Below are positions 18,338 to 27,127 of a DNA stretch of 64,000 nucleotides, piece after piece; position 1 is the stretch's first letter, and each line of letters begins with the position of its first letter. The stretch comes from an uncultured Flavobacteriales bacterium (GTDB lineage: Bacteria; Bacteroidota; Bacteroidia; Flavobacteriales_D; Crocinitomicaceae). The DNA lies in assembly GCA_903945495.1 (NCBI GenBank), contig CAJAVU010000059.1, positions 1,091-65,090 on the forward strand, written 5' to 3'. A model generated the notes under the pieces. That model was given only the letters and a program-made list of their open reading frames with translations. It had not been told where the DNA came from and searched no databases. Both the position numbers and the translations under genes were made by a program.

Positions 18338-21300
18338 ATTGTTGGAATTCGTAAAATTACTTTTGTGCCACACGGCAACTTATTTTCATATAAATCAATG
18401 ATCTCAATGGCTTTTGATTGTTCTTCATCCGACATTAATTCAAGTCGTTCTTGTGTCACATTCAATGCAGTAGATCGATGATAGGTTTCTTTCGATAATT
18501 TATTCAATTCAGCGGCTTTTTCTCGCCCAATTCCATTGTCAATAATCGTACAAAGGATGTACTGTTTTTTATCTTCAAAATGCAATTCGATTTTTCCACG
18601 GATGGATGTTCCGTCGGAATTACGCATTCCATGTTTAATGGCATTTTCAACGAAGGGTTGCACAATCATTGGAGGGATGCGAATAAAGTCTTTTTCCAGA
18701 TTTTCAGAAAGCTCAATGGAATAATCAAAACGATCGCCATTACAGAATTTTTCAATCAGCAAGTAGTTTTCAAGCGTATTGATTTCTTCTTCTAAGGTAA
18801 TTGTTGTGTTGCGTGAATTATCCAAAATCTGACGCATCAATCGGGAGAATTTGGCCAAATAATATCGTGCTTCTTTATCGTTTCCAGTTCCAATTTGCGA
18901 TTGAATTGAATTCAAGGCATTGAAAATGAAATGCGGATTCATTTGTAAGCGCAAGGCTTTTTGTTCGAGTTCAACAACCTCTTTTTCCAATTGCAATTTC
19001 TTTTTCTCTTCTTCTGATTTTACTTTTAATCGATTAAAGCGCCAACGTATTGCCAAGTAGATAAGTGCGATTATTCCTACTATTTCTAATAGAATGAACC
19101 ACCAGCGGTACCAAATTGGCGTCGCAATTGTAAACGAAATCATTGCAGGTTCATTGGACCAAACGCCATCTTCGTTTGAAGCTTTAACTAAGAAACGGTA
19201 AGTTCCTGGATTTAAGTTGGAATACAAAATACTTTGATCTGTTGAGGCAGGAGACCAATGATCATCAAAGCCTTCAAGTTTCCACTTGTAACGAACTGAT
19301 TCTGGGTTACTTAAATTAACAGCGAAGAAATCAAAAGTTATATGGTTTTGATCAAATGGTAAATCCATTTCGTGAACAACGTTCCAATCCTTTAAAAATG
19401 CTTTAAATGGTGTTTTTGAAAGCGGAAGATAAAAGAGTTTGATATCCGTTATTTGTATAATTGGGGGAACCGTATTTTTCATACGACTTGCAGGATTAAA
19501 CTTAATTAATCCATTAATTGTTCCGAACCAAATTGTCCCATCTTGATCATTAAACACGGCATTTTGACACGTTTCAACTCCTGTAAAACCATCGCCCTTG
19601 TTGTAGTGTTTTATCTTGCGAATAGCATTTTGTTTTGTCAAATACACATAGTCTAATCCACGTTCGGTTCCAACAATTAAATTGCCATGATAATCAAATG
19701 TTAACAGGTAAATATTAGTTGAAGTTAGTCCATTTTTGTAATTGAAAATGAGTGGTTTAGACTGTTTGTTTTTAAGTGAGACAGCATTCACACCTGAACC
19801 TGCTGTACCAATCCAAAGGAAACCTTTTTTGTCAGCTGCAATACTTCGAATGGCATTTGAACTTAAACCATTTTTCGTGGTCAATTTCCGCAGATGGTTC
19901 CCGTTTTGGGTAATACAACCAATTCCATTGTTTTCTGTTCCGTACCAAATTGCACCCATTGGATCTACAAAAACAGACGTTAAGCGATTGCTAAGCATTC
20001 CATTTGCAACCGTGAAATGAGTAAAATGTAAATCTCCATCGCTAGATTCAATTCGGATAAGTCCATTTCCAGCTGTTGCAACCCAAATGTACTTTTGATC
20101 TTTTGCCAACCCTTTGATGTAGGTTTTTGCCAAGGACGGAATTGCTCGAAAAGTTGAATCTTTCAGGCTGTACAATCCTTTTCCTTCTGTTCCTATGTAA
20201 AGAATCCCATCGTTTCCTTCAATAATGGCTTTCACTTTTACATCCTCAAAACCATTTCCTGCATGGTAGTTTTTGAAGATTCCGTTCGCATAAAAACTTA
20301 GACCTTTTTGAGAATTACCAATCCATAAACGCTTTTGACTATCGCGATAAATACTGTAAATAAAACTTCCGCCAAGACCAGAGGATTTGTCATAGGTTGT
20401 AAATTGTTTTCCTAAATAATTACAGGCGCCACCACCCGAGGTTCCAAACCAGTAACTACCAGAATTATCTTGACGAATAGCACGCACATGATTGTTACTC
20501 AATCCTTCTCGTTCACTCAAATTGATAAAACTTGCGCTTGAAGGTTGATATGCAATTACGCCATTCGATAGCGTTGCAAACCAAATCGTTTCTTTTGAAT
20601 CGATGAAAATATCGAGAATTGTTTGATTGTATAATTCATGATGATAATCAATTCGAAAGAACTTTTTGCCATCGTAACAATAAGCACCATCACCATAGGT
20701 TCCAATCCATAAATTTCCTTGTTTGTCTTTTTTTATGGAAGTAATCGCATTTTGCATGTAGCGATTTTTTGTCGCATAATTTGTTAGCTGATTTCCATTT
20801 GAAGATAGACTGTACAAACCTTTGCTGTCTCCAAAGTAAATTGTTCCATCGTTGTCTACAAAAACTGCATTAACATTATCTTGTGGTAGGCTTAATTCTT
20901 TTGAAATGTTTTTAAATGTTTTTCCATCAAACATGATTAGGCCTTTTGAAGTAGCCAACCAACAATTGTTTTTTTGATCAAGTGCAATCTTATAAATCTG
21001 AATTGCATTTGTTGTAGAAGGTAAATGATTACTGAATTTTATTCCATTGTAATAGGAAAGGCCATTGTTCGTAGCAATCCACAAGTTGTTTTTACTGTCT
21101 TCAATGATGTCGTAAACATAGTTATTGCTTAATCCATCTTTCTCCGTATACGTTTTAAATTTGATACCGTCAAAGCGCGTTAATCCACCACCACGCGTAC
21201 CAAACCAAATAAATCCACGATGATCTTGATGCAAAGCATATACTTGTGACTGCGCAATTCCATGTTCAACAGAATAGTTGTGGAAATTGTACAATTGTCC

Positions 21301-21360
21301 TTTGACTGAGATAGTCGAAAGAAGCAGAATTAAAAAGCTTATGAGGAGTTTTTTTGTCAA
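18334..21360 (-). CDS. sensor histidine kinase: two-component-regulator propeller repeats + Y_Y_Y domain + TM + LytS/YehU-type His_kinase + HATPase
   Basis: Many propeller repeats (W.GT..GL). YRFLVKASNEDGVWS fits Y_Y_Y. One TM helix is present. NPHFIFNALNSIQ is the His_kinase PF06580-type H-box. The only available start is TTG at 21360, because an in-frame stop lies just upstream. Confidence 0.9.
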   Translation of the reverse strand: MTKKLLISFLILLLSTISVKGQLYNFHNYSVEHGIAQSQVYALHQDHRGFIWFGTRGGGLTRFDGIKFKTYTEKDGLSNNYVYDIIEDSKNNLWIATNNGLSYYNGIKFSNHLPSTTNAIQIYKIALDQKNNCWLATSKGLIMFDGKTFKNISKELSLPQDNVNAVFVDNDGTIYFGDSKGLYSLSSNGNQLTNYATKNRYMQNAITSIKKDKQGNLWIGTYGDGAYCYDGKKFFRIDYHHELYNQTILDIFIDSKETIWFATLSNGVIAYQPSSASFINLSEREGLSNNHVRAIRQDNSGSYWFGTSGGGACNYLGKQFTTYDKSSGLGGSFIYSIYRDSQKRLWIGNSQKGLSFYANGIFKNYHAGNGFEDVKVKAIIEGNDGILYIGTEGKGLYSLKDSTFRAIPSLAKTYIKGLAKDQKYIWVATAGNGLIRIESSDGDLHFTHFTVANGMLSNRLTSVFVDPMGAIWYGTENNGIGCITQNGNHLRKLTTKNGLSSNAIRSIAADKKGFLWIGTAGSGVNAVSLKNKQSKPLIFNYKNGLTSTNIYLLTFDYHGNLIVGTERGLDYVYLTKQNAIRKIKHYNKGDGFTGVETCQNAVFNDQDGTIWFGTINGLIKFNPASRMKNTVPPIIQITDIKLFYLPLSKTPFKAFLKDWNVVHEMDLPFDQNHITFDFFAVNLSNPESVRYKWKLEGFDDHWSPASTDQSILYSNLNPGTYRFLVKASNEDGVWSNEPAMISFTIATPIWYRWWFILLEIVGIIALIYLAIRWRFNRLKVKSEEEKKKLQLEKEVVELEQKALRLQMNPHFIFNALNSIQSQIGTGNDKEARYYLAKFSRLMRQILDNSRNTTITLEEEINTLENYLLIEKFCNGDRFDYSIELSENLEKDFIRIPPMIVQPFVENAIKHGMRNSDGTSIRGKIELHFEDKKQYILCTIIDNGIGREKAAELNKLSKETYHRSTALNVTQERLELMSDEEQSKAIEIIDLYENKLPCGTKVILRIPTI

Positions 21361-21476
21361 ATCATTTTATGCTTAATCAAAGATAGAAAACACTTTTCAT
21401 TAAAATACATACGAATAATAATTTGACACGCACAGAGCCAATTGATTCAATTACATTCGATTCATATTGATCGAAG

Positions 21477-23837
21477 ATGAAAAAACAACCTGTGGATATA
21501 TTGATGAAGAATTTCAGAGCTAAGCGAAAAGCGAAAAGGAGATTCTATTCCGCTCTTTTCATTCTTTTATTTCTTAGTTGGTATATTCTGGTACTTCCAG
21601 CACAACTCTTTAATGATCCAACTTCTACGGTTTTATTGGATCGAAATGGTGAACTTTTGGGGGCAAGAATTGCTGATGACGGTCAATGGCGTTTTGCACC
21701 AAGTGATAGTGTTCCAGAAAAATTTAAACGTTGTATCGTAGAATTTGAGGATCGTGATTTTTATTGGCACGTTGGAGTGAGTGGAAAAGGAGTAGGTCGT
21801 GCACTTTGGCAAAATATGCACACTGGAAAACGCGTAAGTGGAGGAAGTACGATTACTATGCAATTGGTGCGTATTATGAAAAAGAATCCACCGCGAACCT
21901 ATGGACAAAAAATCTATGAAATGGTCTTGGCTACGCGCATCGAATGGTCATATTCGAAAGATGAAATCTTGAATATGTATGCATCCAACGCGCCGTTTGG
22001 TAACAATGTTGTTGGTTTAGATGCTGCTGCCTGGCGTTATTTTGGTCGAGCTGCTTATCAATTGAGTTGGGCCGAAACTGCAACTTTAGCGGTTTTACCC
22101 AATGCTCCGGGATTAATTTATCCAGGTAAAAATCAAGAAAAATTATTAGCAAAACGAAATCGCTTATTGACACATTTGCATGACGAAGGATTTATCGTAG
22201 ACGAAGCATATCAATTGGCAATTACAGAACCACTTCCTCTAAAACCACTTCCTTTACCGCAACTTGCGCCACATTTATTGGAGAAAATGATTTTGTCTGG
22301 CAAAAAAGGTCAAACGATTGAAAGCTCAATTGTGGCTTCAACGCAGCGAAGTATTCAACGATCCTTGGAACTTCATTCATTGGTATTAAAAGGTAACAAG
22401 GTTTTTAACGGAGCCGTGATTGTTACAGATGTGAAAACGGGTGAAGTTGTTGCGTATGTTGGAAACACGACGGTTGAAGATGAAGAATTTTCTTCGTATG
22501 TTGATTGTGCAGATGCTCCAAGAAGTTCCGGAAGTATTTTAAAACCATTTTTATACTGTGCTGCTTTAGAAGAAGGAAATATTACACCTTCCATGCTGGT
22601 AACAGATGTGCCAACGCAATTTGGTTCGTTTTCGCCAAAGAATTTTTCAGGACATTTTGAAGGGGCAATTCCCGTGAACAAAGCTTTGTCGCGCAGTTTA
22701 AACGTGCCAATGGTTCATTTGTTAAAAGAATTTGGCGTAACACGTTTTCATAAAGAGCTGAAGAAACTGGGCATTTCAACCTTGAATAAACCTGCGAAAC
22801 ATTATGGCTTATCCTTGATATTAGGTGGTGCAGAAACAAAGTTAAGCGATCTTTCTGCAGCCTATTGTCAATTGGCTCAGCGACTTGAATGTGGTCGAAA
22901 CAAAGGGTTTTGGTTGACGAAAACACATCCACTATTTTCAGAACCGCTACCGTCCCATTGGAGTAAAGCCGCTATTTACAGCACATTTGAAGCATTAACT
23001 GAAGTGAATCGTCCAGACGAAGATAACAATTGGAAACTCTTTGCTTCGTCACGCAAAATCGCATGGAAAACGGGGACAAGTTTTGGATTTCGCGATGCTT
23101 GGTCGATTGGTGTTACACCAGATTATGTTGTGGCGGTTTGGATTGGAAATGCAGATGGGGAAGGACGTCCAGGATTAACCGGTGTAAATGCCGCTGCGCC
23201 TTTGATGTTTGATATTTTTCGTCAATTGCCCAATTCTGGTAAATGGTTTCGTCAGCCAATCAATGAAATGAAAGCAGTGGAAGTCTGTAGTTTGAGCGGT
23301 TACAAAGCAGGTCGATACTGTGAAAAGGTGAGGGGAGAACTCATTCCGAAGAGAAGTAAATTATCGAAAACCTGTCCATTTCATCAGCAAATTCATTTAG
23401 ACAAAAGTGGAAGTTTTCGCGTTGATTCTGATTGTGAAAGTGTGTTCAACATGCAACACAAGAATTGGTTTGTTCTTCCCGCCTTGATGGAAAAATACTA
23501 CAAGATAAATCATCCAAATTATGTTGTGTTGCCGCCGTACAGATCAGATTGCCTCGCCGGAGTGAAAGACAAATCATTTACCATTGTTTATCCAAGACCT
23601 GACAGCCGTTTATACATTCCAATTCAATTAGATGAAACGTTTGGTAAAACTATTTTTGAAGTCAGTCACAGAAATACGAATGCATACGTTTATTGGCATT
23701 TGGATAAAAACTTTCTTGGAATAACATCGGACGTACATCAAATTGCAGTGAACCCTTCAAAAGGGAAACATGAATTAACCGTTGTTGATGAATTTGGTGT
23801 AAGTCAAACAATACGTTTTGAAGTAATCCGGAAGTAA
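21477..23837 (+). CDS. pbpC: penicillin-binding protein 1C
   Basis: Glycosyltransferase motifs EDRDFYWHVGVS and GGSTITMQL. Transpeptidase motifs SGSILKP, SRSLN and KTGTS. C-terminal PBP1C-type beta domain. Confidence 0.92.
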   Translation: MKKQPVDILMKNFRAKRKAKRRFYSALFILLFLSWYILVLPAQLFNDPTSTVLLDRNGELLGARIADDGQWRFAPSDSVPEKFKRCIVEFEDRDFYWHVGVSGKGVGRALWQNMHTGKRVSGGSTITMQLVRIMKKNPPRTYGQKIYEMVLATRIEWSYSKDEILNMYASNAPFGNNVVGLDAAAWRYFGRAAYQLSWAETATLAVLPNAPGLIYPGKNQEKLLAKRNRLLTHLHDEGFIVDEAYQLAITEPLPLKPLPLPQLAPHLLEKMILSGKKGQTIESSIVASTQRSIQRSLELHSLVLKGNKVFNGAVIVTDVKTGEVVAYVGNTTVEDEEFSSYVDCADAPRSSGSILKPFLYCAALEEGNITPSMLVTDVPTQFGSFSPKNFSGHFEGAIPVNKALSRSLNVPMVHLLKEFGVTRFHKELKKLGISTLNKPAKHYGLSLILGGAETKLSDLSAAYCQLAQRLECGRNKGFWLTKTHPLFSEPLPSHWSKAAIYSTFEALTEVNRPDEDNNWKLFASSRKIAWKTGTSFGFRDAWSIGVTPDYVVAVWIGNADGEGRPGLTGVNAAAPLMFDIFRQLPNSGKWFRQPINEMKAVEVCSLSGYKAGRYCEKVRGELIPKRSKLSKTCPFHQQIHLDKSGSFRVDSDCESVFNMQHKNWFVLPALMEKYYKINHPNYVVLPPYRSDCLAGVKDKSFTIVYPRPDSRLYIPIQLDETFGKTIFEVSHRNTNAYVYWHLDKNFLGITSDVHQIAVNPSKGKHELTVVDEFGVSQTIRFEVIRK

Positions 23838-24377
23838 TTATCGACGTTCAATTCGCTCGACATCACCTTTTTCAGCCAAGGTATGATATAGGAAACTGAC
23901 AAGGTACAAACTCTGATCGCGTCCTTTTTTTTGTCCTAATTTTGCTGAAATAAATACTGTCGATAATGCAATTAGTCCTATTGGAAGTACCCAAATCCAA
24001 GGACTAGACCCTGATGTGGAATATTGCACTAAACCGAACATTCCTCCGAATGTTGTAATCAATAAAATCGCCGCATAAATCAACGCAAACATCGCCCAAA
24101 CAGATTGTCGTGGACCAAGTAAACAACAAATTGTTGTGTGTTCAGCAAATTCTCCTTTTTCAATGCGAACAGTCATTTCTGGAGACCAATAATGCTGTAA
24201 CCAAGATGGTGTTTTTAGAAAGATTAAGCGATTCGTGCGCACACCTGTAACAGTTTTCTCCTTTTCCATGCTTGTAGAAATATGTTCAGCTACTACATCT
24301 GGATCAAGATGTGTTTTCAAGTAAAATCTAGGACGAATTTCACCTAGTACAGAATGATTTAAACGATTAAATGGCAT
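23838..24377 (-). CDS. hypothetical membrane protein
   Basis: 179-aa ORF with a soluble N-terminal half and two C-terminal TM helices. Its stop abuts the pbpC stop with no spacer. Confidence 0.6.
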   Translation of the reverse strand: MPFNRLNHSVLGEIRPRFYLKTHLDPDVVAEHISTSMEKEKTVTGVRTNRLIFLKTPSWLQHYWSPEMTVRIEKGEFAEHTTICCLLGPRQSVWAMFALIYAAILLITTFGGMFGLVQYSTSGSSPWIWVLPIGLIALSTVFISAKLGQKKGRDQSLYLVSFLYHTLAEKGDVERIERR

Positions 24378-24465
24378 AGTCTAATATATGAATTAAATTA
24401 GACGATCGACAATTAGGTACTTAATTTAAAACAAGTCTAAATTGTTGATTCCCTGAATTATTCAA

Positions 24466-24606
24466 CTAGCGAAGTACTTGTATAATAAAAGAAACGAGAG
24501 CCAATACAAGAAGGATATGAATCAATCCTCCTGGGTTAAAATTAAAATATCCTACCAACCAAACAAGGATGAAGAAAATTGCGAGATACATAAAAATATT
24601 TGACAT
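24466..24606 (-). CDS. lmo0937-family small membrane protein (46 aa), absent from the ORF track
   Basis: Hand translation gives MSNIFMYLAIFFILVWLVGYFNFNPGGLIHILLVLALVSFIIQVLR*. This has the two-helix pattern with the central GGLIH motif typical of the lmo0937 family. Confidence 0.65.
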   Translation of the reverse strand: MSNIFMYLAIFFILVWLVGYFNFNPGGLIHILLVLALVSFIIQVLR

Positions 24607-24616
24607 ACTTAAAGAT

Positions 24617-24653
24617 TTTAAAAAGTGAGAGGTTACTTGAATTGACCTCCCAC
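24617..24653 (-). terminator. rho-independent terminator after the OM beta-barrel gene
   Basis: GTGGGAGGT...ACCTCTCAC stem with one mismatch, followed by TTTTT on the minus strand. Confidence 0.55.
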
Positions 24654-24672
24654 TTATGTTGAACTTAAAAAA

Positions 24673-25314
24673 TTAGATTTTGAACCCAACTGTTAATTGA
24701 ATCAATTGGTTTTTGTAACGCGGTGTTGTACTTGTACCATTTCCATTGTTATTTTGGAAATCAAAAGAAGCTCTAGCTGAAATCACAAAATGTTGAATGT
24801 TAACATCAATTCCGCCAGCAAATCCTAAGATATTCTTGCGTGGATCTTCATTGTTAAACTCTTGTTCTTGTTCTGCGCTATTTCCGCCGAATGTGTACAC
24901 ATTTTTCTCATTTAATAAATAGGAGAATTGAGGTCCCACAACAATCGTAAAATAATCACTTGGTTTTACTTGAAAAAGTAATGGAATGTCCAAATACGTA
25001 GTTGTGCGCGTAAATGTGTAAGGTGTAAAGAGTACAGTTCCTGATGCTTGCATCCCTTTTTGAGAGATATGAACTTCTGGTTGTACGCCGAACCATTCGC
25101 CAAAAGGTATCGCGACGAATGCGCCAGCGATAAATCCTAATTTACCATCCGCTTGAAAATCTTGACCTTTTTCATCCCAAACATTTGAGAAGTTCATACC
25201 TGCTTTTAAACCTACTGTGAATTTTTCTCTAGGATTGTCATTATTATCTTGCGCCAAAAGTTGGTTTGCGGTTAAAGTAAAAAGGAGACTGAAAATTGTT
25301 ATTGAATGTTTCAT
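24673..25314 (-). CDS. outer-membrane beta-barrel (porin-family) protein
   Basis: Signal peptide, alternating amphipathic beta-strands, and a C-terminal LTVGFKI-type terminal strand. Confidence 0.8.
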   Translation of the reverse strand: MKHSITIFSLLFTLTANQLLAQDNNDNPREKFTVGLKAGMNFSNVWDEKGQDFQADGKLGFIAGAFVAIPFGEWFGVQPEVHISQKGMQASGTVLFTPYTFTRTTTYLDIPLLFQVKPSDYFTIVVGPQFSYLLNEKNVYTFGGNSAEQEQEFNNEDPRKNILGFAGGIDVNIQHFVISARASFDFQNNNGNGTSTTPRYKNQLIQLTVGFKI

Positions 25315-25430
25315 TTTTAATTTTTTATTCAGGAATTATTTCCTAGAACAAAGGTGCAGAACATTCATAATCTTATAGTTACACATGTTTTGTTAAATGT
25401 TACATAAGTAACTGATGGAATATAGATCAC

Positions 25431-25457
25431 AAAAAAAGGAGCATTAATTAATGCTCC
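25431..25457 (-). terminator. rho-independent terminator
   Basis: Perfect GGAGCATTAATTAATGCTCC palindrome hairpin followed by a T7 run on the minus strand, 20 nt after the stop of 25479-25928. Confidence 0.7.
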
Positions 25458-25478
25458 TTTTTCAATCAGGGAAGTGGT

Positions 25479-25928
25479 TTATTTTGTATTGTTAACGGTT
25501 AAGTCTTTTAATGCATCTCCAATTTCAGTCATGTCATGAGAAAATTCTTTTTTGAATTCTTCCCAATTTTCTTTGCCTTCACCTTTATAATTTTCCAATT
25601 TATCTTTCAATTCTTTATTGCGTGTTTCTAAATCGATGATTTGTTTTTGATGAGCAGCTTTTAAGGCAGATTTATCCGTTTCAATCAATTTGCGTTTTTC
25701 AGCAATTGCATTCTCATTTTCAAGAATTTTCTCAATTGTTTCTTGACGGTAAACTTCCATGTCAATTTTTAAATCTTCTTTTGCTTGATCCAATTCTTTG
25801 TTTGCAGAATCAACGTCTTCCTTTGCATCTGCAACATCATCAGCGGCAGAACTGCAGCTACTTAAATTCAATCCAAGCATTAATGTAGTAATCGCAAAAA
25901 TTGATAGGGTATTTTTGATAATTTTCAT
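25479..25928 (-). CDS. coiled-coil lipoprotein, hypothetical
   Basis: Lipobox NLSSC. The rest is charged heptad-like sequence rich in Lys, Glu and Asp. Confidence 0.65.
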   Translation of the reverse strand: MKIIKNTLSIFAITTLMLGLNLSSCSSAADDVADAKEDVDSANKELDQAKEDLKIDMEVYRQETIEKILENENAIAEKRKLIETDKSALKAAHQKQIIDLETRNKELKDKLENYKGEGKENWEEFKKEFSHDMTEIGDALKDLTVNNTK

Positions 25929-25939
25929 CTTCTTAAATT

Positions 25940-26128
25940 TTATAATTCATTAATAATTTGGTGCATTTCTTCTTTTGTTTTTCCTAGAACAGTTTGCAAT
26001 CTGCCTAGCATTTCTTCTTGTTTTCCTTCTTCAAGTTTCACATCATTGTCCGTCAAAATGGCGAATTTTTGTTTTAACTTACCTTTGGTTTCGTGCCAAT
26101 GACCTTTTAATTCTGTTAGATTTTTCAT
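25940..26128 (-). CDS. CsbD-family stress protein
   Basis: MKNLTELKGHWHETKGKLKQKFAILTDNDVKLEEGKQEEMLGRLQTVLGKTKEE fits the CsbD pattern. The internal ATG at 26128 is preferred over the ORF-track start. Confidence 0.8.
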   Translation of the reverse strand: MKNLTELKGHWHETKGKLKQKFAILTDNDVKLEEGKQEEMLGRLQTVLGKTKEEMHQIINEL

Positions 26129-26263
26129 CTGATAGTAATTAATATGCGAATGAATCTTCACACACCACAAAAGTCACCATACTTCACACGAATTGCTTTA
26201 TATTAAAAACAAAATATATTACACATTTCACACTTGGTATTGAATTATTAGCGAACTAAAGAC

Positions 26264-26824
26264 TTAAAGATTTTCCAAGTTTTGATTACGTTCTTTTTTC
26301 AGGGATTTAAAAAAGGAAGGGGACAAGCCAGTTACTTTCTTGAACTGATTTGATAAATGGGCTACACTGCTATAATGTAATTTATAAGCAATTTCTGATA
26401 AGTTCAGTTCATCATATAAAATCAATTCCTTGGCACGTTCAATTTTATGCAAAATGATATACTGTTGAATTGTAATTCCGCGCACTTCAGAAAAAATATT
26501 TGATAGATACGTGTAATCATAATGTAATTTTTCAGACAAGTATTCAGAGAAATTCACCTTCGGTATTTCATCCGTGTAATGGATCATTTCTGTAACCACA
26601 TTTTTTATCTTCTCAATCAGAATCGCTTTTTTATCATCTAGCACTTCCAAGCCTGATCGCAACAATTTTATCCTGAGTTCATTGAGTTTTTCAGCGGGTA
26701 TTTCTTCATTGAGGTCGATGGATCCAAGATCCACACATGAATAGTTTATTCCAATAGTTTTTAGTTCATCTTTCACAAGCAACTTGCAACGTAGACTTAC
26801 CATGTTTTTAATATAAATTTTCAT
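26264..26824 (-). CDS. AraC-family transcriptional regulator
   Basis: C-terminal HTH_18 region (LSEIAYKLHYSSVAHLSNQFKKVTGLSPSFF). The N-terminal ~80 aa form a small alpha/beta domain. Confidence 0.88.
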   Translation of the reverse strand: MKIYIKNMVSLRCKLLVKDELKTIGINYSCVDLGSIDLNEEIPAEKLNELRIKLLRSGLEVLDDKKAILIEKIKNVVTEMIHYTDEIPKVNFSEYLSEKLHYDYTYLSNIFSEVRGITIQQYIILHKIERAKELILYDELNLSEIAYKLHYSSVAHLSNQFKKVTGLSPSFFKSLKKERNQNLENL

Positions 26825-27127
26825 ATCAACAGGTATTTAGTTAAGTAAAGATGATGCGTGAAGCACCCCCACAATTGTTTACTGTAGCCCTACAAATGCG
26901 GAGAATCAAGATGATAGTTTAATTAGATAATCTTCTGAGAGTTGTCAGATTGAAATCGTAGCATAATTTCAATCTGTTTGTTGCGTGGTTTCTTTTATCG
27001 CTTATCCCATGTTTAAAGCTAGGTACTAAACACGAGCATTCCTAATTAATTGACTATTAAAAAAATAACAATTAGTTTAAGTATTTTGAAAGTAAAAGTT
27101 GAAAGACCTAAGATTGAATTTCAGATG

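Noticed and set aside
23835-23840. Abutting convergent stop codons (pbpC/23838 gene). Similar 4-nt convergent overlaps occur at 5784-5787 and 54481-54484.
   Set aside because: Tight convergent packing without terminators is common in compact bacterial genomes and is not evidence of a special mechanism.
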